This document shows positions 6,172 through 9,453 of a stretch of DNA of 9,453 bases, piece by piece. The stretch's first letter is position 1, and each line of letters opens with the position of its first letter. The translations under genes were made by a program, and so were the position numbers. The DNA is from Symploca sp. SIO2E9 (GTDB lineage Bacteria; Cyanobacteriota; Cyanobacteriia; Cyanobacteriales; Coleofasciculaceae): the NCBI GenBank assembly GCA_010692645.1, contig JAAHGS010000235.1, forward strand, positions 1 through 9,453, read 5' to 3'. The notes under the pieces are model-generated. The model worked only from the letters and a program-made list of their open reading frames with translations, had not been told where the DNA came from and did not search any database.

Positions 6172-8436
6172 TTGATTACCACCCCGCCAAACTTAAATAA
6201 CTGGCTTGGTAGAGAAAAGGAAATTAGCCAACTGCAAACCTGGCTCTGTGATACCGCAGTTAATCTGATTGGTATTCAGGGTTTGGGTGGTGTCGGCAAA
6301 TCGGCTTTGGCAGCTTATCTTTATAAACATATTGAGTTTTCGGATAAATTTTGGGCAGATATTAGTCAGAAGCCTGATTTTGTCGTCTTTGCTGAGAAGG
6401 TAATTACTGCTTTTGGTGGGCAAGTTACTAAGCAAGGAGATATCGACGGATTGATTAATGATTTGCTCACCTGCCTTAGTCAGCGTCGGTGTTTGCTGGT
6501 GGTGGATAATCTCGAAACCCTGCTAACCCAATCGCGGCAGTGGCAAGATTCAACCTATGAGCAATTTTTCAGCCGTTGGCTGCAGCAGGGAAGTAACAGC
6601 ACATTGCTACTAACTACCCAGGAAAAGCCAATTCTGTTTCAATCACAACCCTGTTGGCATCTATTGCGGGGAATGAACATTAGTGATGGTGGGCTACTTT
6701 TGCAGCGTCTGGGTATTCAGGAAACTGTTACGCAATTAGAAGAGTTTTCCAAGGCAGTGGATGGGCATCCCCTTACCTTGCAGTTAGTGGCTGGCTATTT
6801 GCGGGAATATTGTCATAGTCAGTTGAGTAGTGCTTGGGAATTAGGATTAAAGCAGTTTGAGTTAGTAGCAGAAGCTCAAGGAGTACACCGAGATAAGCAG
6901 GATGCGCGTTTATCCTGGATTTTACAGCAGCACTTTCAGCGCTTAACCCCTGTGCAGCAAAATTTCCTGGTTAATTTGAGTGTCTATCGGCAAGCATTTA
7001 ACCACCAAGCAGCAGGTTGGATGTTGGCTTCAGAAACAGAAGTAGTTAAGCCAGTGGTAGTGCAGAAGGAATTACGGGAACTATTCAACCGCTCCCTATT
7101 GCTGGAAACTGAAGATAGAAAGTATCGATTTCAGCCTTTGGTACAACAATATGCTCAGCAGCAAACCACTGATATCAATACTGCTCACCAAAAAGCGATC
7201 GCTTACTACAACTCAAATACTAAACAACAACCCTGGCAGACGCTAGAGGATGTCAGAGCCTATCTGGAAATTTTCTATCACTACTGTCAATTAGAACAGT
7301 ATGCCCAAGCCTTTGATACAATCGGCATCTGCGACGAGTTTTTAGATCTACGAGGTTACAATACCATCCGAGTCGAAGTGTATGGACAGTTGGTGCAAGA
7401 GTGGAAACTGAATCAGGATAACCAGTGGAAACTCTCAGCATCTCTGACATTCTTGGGCAATGCATACTATTCCCTCGGACAATACCAACAGGCGATAGAA
7501 TACCATCAGAAGTCATTAAAGATTTTTCGAGCAATTGGCAACCGCTCCGGTATTGCTAATTCTCTGAATAATCTGGGCATAGCATACAATTTCCTAAGAC
7601 AATACCAACAGGCACTCGATTATCTTCAGCAGTCGTTGCAGATATTTCAACAAATCCCTAACCACTCTGGAATTGCTAAGTCTCTGATGAATCTTGGTAT
7701 TGCATACAATTGCCTAGGAAAATATCAACAGGCGCTCGACTATCTTCAGCAGTCGTTGCAGATATTTCAACAAATCGTTAACCGCTCCGGCATTGCTCAT
7801 TCCCTAATGCATCTGGGCATTGTATACAAATCCCTAGGAAAATACCAACAGGCACTCGATTATCTTCAGCAGTCGTTGCAGATATTTCAACAAATCGGTA
7901 ACCGCTCTGGAATTTCGGATTCTCTGAATAATCTGGGCATAGCATACAAATCCCTAGGAAAATACCAACAGGCGCTCGATTATTATCAGCAGTCGTTGCA
8001 GATTAAAAAAGAAATTGGTAACCGCTTTGGAATTGCCAATTCTCTGATGAATCTGGGCAATGCATACTACGCTCTAGGAAAATACCAACAGGCGCTCGAT
8101 TATTATCAGCAGTCGTTGCAGATTAAAAAAGAAATTGGCAACCGCTCCGGCACTGCCAATTCTCTGATTGGTCTTGGTATAGCATACAATTGCCTAAGAC
8201 AATACCAAAGGGCACTCGATTACTTTCAGCAGTCGTTGCCGATTACTCAAGAAATTGGTGATCGTCATGGGGAAGCCAAATCTTGTTTTAATTCTGGATT
8301 TGCCTTAAAAGAACTAGGTAAAACATCAGAAGCTATTACCGCTTATCGAAATGCACGCCAACTATATCAAGCAATGGGACTAGATGCCAAAGTTCAGAAT
8401 TGCGACCATGTGATCGAAACTTTAAATTCAACTTAA
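6172..8436 (+). CDS. NB-ARC (STAND / AP-ATPase) NTPase with a C-terminal TPR array, an NLR-like protein. The true N-terminus is uncertain.
   Basis: Motifs present: Walker A GLGGVGKS (6280-6303), Walker B CLLVVDNLE (6490-6516), LLLTTQ (the hhhTTR-like motif), GHPLTLQLVAGYL (the GxP/'GLPLAL' motif), a winged-helix-like segment LSWILQQHFQRLTPVQQNFLVNLSVY, and at least 8 TPRs. The only in-frame start is a TTG at 6172 with no Shine-Dalgarno sequence. The frame is open upstream to 6085. Confidence 0.85.
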   Translation: MITTPPNLNNWLGREKEISQLQTWLCDTAVNLIGIQGLGGVGKSALAAYLYKHIEFSDKFWADISQKPDFVVFAEKVITAFGGQVTKQGDIDGLINDLLTCLSQRRCLLVVDNLETLLTQSRQWQDSTYEQFFSRWLQQGSNSTLLLTTQEKPILFQSQPCWHLLRGMNISDGGLLLQRLGIQETVTQLEEFSKAVDGHPLTLQLVAGYLREYCHSQLSSAWELGLKQFELVAEAQGVHRDKQDARLSWILQQHFQRLTPVQQNFLVNLSVYRQAFNHQAAGWMLASETEVVKPVVVQKELRELFNRSLLLETEDRKYRFQPLVQQYAQQQTTDINTAHQKAIAYYNSNTKQQPWQTLEDVRAYLEIFYHYCQLEQYAQAFDTIGICDEFLDLRGYNTIRVEVYGQLVQEWKLNQDNQWKLSASLTFLGNAYYSLGQYQQAIEYHQKSLKIFRAIGNRSGIANSLNNLGIAYNFLRQYQQALDYLQQSLQIFQQIPNHSGIAKSLMNLGIAYNCLGKYQQALDYLQQSLQIFQQIVNRSGIAHSLMHLGIVYKSLGKYQQALDYLQQSLQIFQQIGNRSGISDSLNNLGIAYKSLGKYQQALDYYQQSLQIKKEIGNRFGIANSLMNLGNAYYALGKYQQALDYYQQSLQIKKEIGNRSGTANSLIGLGIAYNCLRQYQRALDYFQQSLPITQEIGDRHGEAKSCFNSGFALKELGKTSEAITAYRNARQLYQAMGLDAKVQNCDHVIETLNST
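7195..7202. repeat. HIP1 palindrome GCGATCGC
   Basis: Exact octamer read in the sequence. Confidence 0.9.
7432..8391 (+). repeat. Eight tandem 120-bp (40-aa) TPR-coding repeats. The central six (7552-8271) are near-identical at the DNA level.
   Basis: A 36-nt block TATCTTCAGCAGTCGTTGCAGATATTTCAACAAATC is exact at 7621, 7741 and 7861. A 65-nt block is exact at 7954-8018 and 8074-8138. The repeats are phased exactly 120 bp apart. Confidence 0.95.
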
Positions 8437-8517
8437 CTCAAAGTGCGATTGCTCATCGTGGAGAATAATCCACCGACTATATTTGGATGGTGGCTTAGAA
8501 CAGGGCAAAGGCAATCG

Positions 8518-8895
8518 CTACCAATTAATTACCGTCAGAACATTAACCTTGGCAAATTCCTGATCAGCCGTTACTAAAGTTGCCGAATTTTGGATCGCCA
8601 TTGCCGCAATGATAGCATCCGGTAATTTCAACCGAAATTGTTGGCGAGTTTCAATGATTTTCTCAACCAGTAATATGTCAGTTGACACTAAACTAATCAC
8701 CTCTACTCGTTGAACAAACTGCTGAAAAAGTTGACGATCAGCTTGAGTCAGCCCAGAAAACGCCAGAAACTCAATTTGGCTAATCACTGAAATTCCTAGC
8801 CAATCAGCATTTAGCAATAATTGAACGAGTTGATAATTTCCCTGGAGTAGCGCTACAATTGCATTCGTATCCAACAGGTAGCGATCACCACTCAT
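8518..8895 (-). CDS. vapC: PIN-domain toxin (VapC-like ribonuclease) of a type II toxin-antitoxin pair.
   Basis: The 125-aa protein starts at MSGDRYLLDTNAIV. It has the PIN acidic residues in the expected order: LLDTN, SQIEF, LPDAIIAA, VTADQEF. Its ATG (8893-8895) overlaps the upstream antitoxin stop. The longer ORF start at 8931 would add 12 non-conserved residues. Confidence 0.85.
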   Translation of the reverse strand: MSGDRYLLDTNAIVALLQGNYQLVQLLLNADWLGISVISQIEFLAFSGLTQADRQLFQQFVQRVEVISLVSTDILLVEKIIETRQQFRLKLPDAIIAAMAIQNSATLVTADQEFAKVNVLTVINW

Positions 8896-9109
8896 CCCGG
8901 AGATTCCTCTGCATAGCAACTGCATCTCCATTCCAGGTTAATTGACCTACCAAATCAGAGAAATCATACTTGAACAGCGGCTTCTCGACAGATGAAATTG
9001 GATTCAATACAATGACGACATTGACCTCGGCATCTGCTAATTGGGTCGGAATATTAAGATTCAAACAACCAGACTCATCAATTTTCGTCGTCAGTTTTAT
9101 AACTTCCAT
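8885..9109 (-). CDS. Putative antitoxin partner of the PIN toxin (VapB-like).
   Basis: The 74-aa ORF starts at ATG 9107-9109 (MEVIKLTTKIDESGCLNLNIP...). It lies directly upstream of the PIN gene and overlaps it by 11 nt (8885-8895). The C-terminal ...GDAVAMQRNLRDEW tail is typical of small cyanobacterial antitoxins paired with PIN genes, from my recollection rather than a search. Confidence 0.65.
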   Translation of the reverse strand: MEVIKLTTKIDESGCLNLNIPTQLADAEVNVVIVLNPISSVEKPLFKYDFSDLVGQLTWNGDAVAMQRNLRDEW

Positions 9110-9204
9110 GATCAAGAGCGTGAAAGATTTCTTTCTAGCTTATCCTAGTAGTGCGATCGGTACGCCTCTAGTCGTTGATCATACGGACAAATCTTGACAA
9201 TTAA

Positions 9205-9246
9205 TACATATTTAGCCATAGTATCGACATTATGGCTAAATATGTA
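9205..9246. promoter_or_regulatory. Perfect 16-bp inverted repeat spanning the tnpA start codon. It is a candidate IS607 left-end site or operator, or a translational hairpin.
   Basis: TACATATTTAGCCATA (9205-9220) and TATGGCTAAATATGTA (9231-9246) are exact reverse complements separated by 10 nt. The ATG at 9232-9234 lies in the right arm. A TTGACA hexamer sits at 9194-9199. Confidence 0.5.
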
Positions 9247-9453
9247 AAACCAAGTGAAGCAGCTGAGTCTTTGGGAGTTTGCCTCAGAACCCTCAGAAGA
9301 TGGGAATCCGAGGGCAAGATCCAAACCGTCAAAACGCCGTCAGGGCATAGGCGCTACAACATCGAAGGGTTCATCAAAAAAGAATCAGAACCCGACGGAG
9401 GAAGAGCCGTTGTTGTCTATGCTAGGGTATCTACCCGACCACAAAAAGCAGAT
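9232..9453 (+). CDS. tnpA: IS607-family serine recombinase transposase TnpA (MerR-like HTH plus resolvase domain). This is the 5' part only and it runs off the window.
   Basis: Translation: MAKYVKPSEAAESLGVCLRTLRRWESEGKIQTVKTPSGHRRYNIEGFIKKESEPDGGRAVVVYARVSTRPQKAD. This shows a MerR-type HTH followed by the resolvase catalytic-serine motif YARVS(T)..QK.D. The ORF is absent from the supplied ORF track because it is truncated. Confidence 0.8.
   Translation, partial: MAKYVKPSEAAESLGVCLRTLRRWESEGKIQTVKTPSGHRRYNIEGFIKKESEPDGGRAVVVYARVSTRPQKAD

Larger units (their letters stand above)
9205..9453 (+). mobile_element. Left part of an IS607-family insertion sequence. The exact left boundary is uncertain.
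   Basis: The call rests on the tnpA serine recombinase and the subterminal inverted repeat. A downstream tnpB would be expected beyond the window. Confidence 0.5.

Noticed and set aside
6040-6260. A shared amyloid-signalling (BASS-type) motif between the C-terminus of the small ORF and the N-terminus of the NLR
   Set aside because: Direct comparison of ...GVVGKQVGTVNKAGVTEIGTQINVGKE with (GVTAEEVQEFFKKLEQGNSSVAASTN)LITTPPNLNNW... shows no common motif. The classic two-gene templating architecture is therefore not supported.
6193-7534. Minus-strand ORFs 6193-6435 and 7253-7534
   Set aside because: They are antisense to the NB-ARC-TPR CDS and have no motifs.
7432-8391. Regularly spaced 120-bp direct repeats, considered as a possible CRISPR array
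   Set aside because: The repeats are contiguous with no unique spacers. They lie in frame within a long ORF and encode canonical TPR helices. The heptamer and octamer arrays at 5253-5608 are far too short-period to be CRISPR.
8437-8517. A bidirectional terminator between the convergent NLR and vapC genes
   Set aside because: Only 5-bp stems are present (ATCCA/TGGAT or CCACC/GGTGG), plus a distant 8-bp inverted repeat (GCGATTGC 8445-8452 with GCAATCGC 8511-8518). There are no flanking T- or A-runs, so the evidence is too weak to call.
8896-8931. The longer vapC start (MEMQLLCRGISG...) given by the ORF track
   Set aside because: The extension would overlap the antitoxin by 47 nt and adds non-PIN residues. 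The internal ATG at 8893-8895 gives the canonical MSGDRYLLDTN PIN N-terminus.
8970-9197. Plus-strand 75-aa ORF
   Set aside because: It is antisense to the antitoxin gene and extends into the promoter region. It shows no conserved features.

Overview
The window looks like accessory DNA from a filamentous, Nostocales-type cyanobacterium. Support for this: three HIP1 octamers (GCGATCGC), STRR-like heptamer and octamer arrays, and the gene repertoire. Left to right: (1) A tnpB-only IS200/IS605-family element on the minus strand. Its tnpB has an in-frame TAA and its 3' end runs off the window. It appears to have inserted into a Uma2-family endonuclease gene, of which only a 5' stub remains. (2) A 1242-aa ChlH/BchH-like (CobN family) magnesium-chelatase large-subunit paralog. 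(3) A repeat-dense intergenic region holding two AGTAATA heptamer blocks, a roughly 200-bp MITE-like element with hairpin-forming inverted ends, a TCTCCGCG octamer array and a TCCCTGC heptamer array. (4) The most interesting locus: a 135-aa helical protein directly upstream of an NB-ARC (STAND) ATPase with a C-terminal array of near-identical 40-aa TPRs, giving an NLR-like architecture. The two ORFs are joined by a canonical -1 slippery heptamer (G_GGA_AAG), then a 6-nt spacer containing the zero-frame stop, then a long stem-loop. The -1 frame is exactly the NB-ARC frame, so a 914-aa fusion protein is possible. (5) A convergent VapBC-like PIN toxin/antitoxin pair. (6) The 5' end of an IS607-family element, whose serine-recombinase tnpA start codon lies inside a perfect 16-bp inverted repeat. 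No rRNA, tRNA or CRISPR array was seen.
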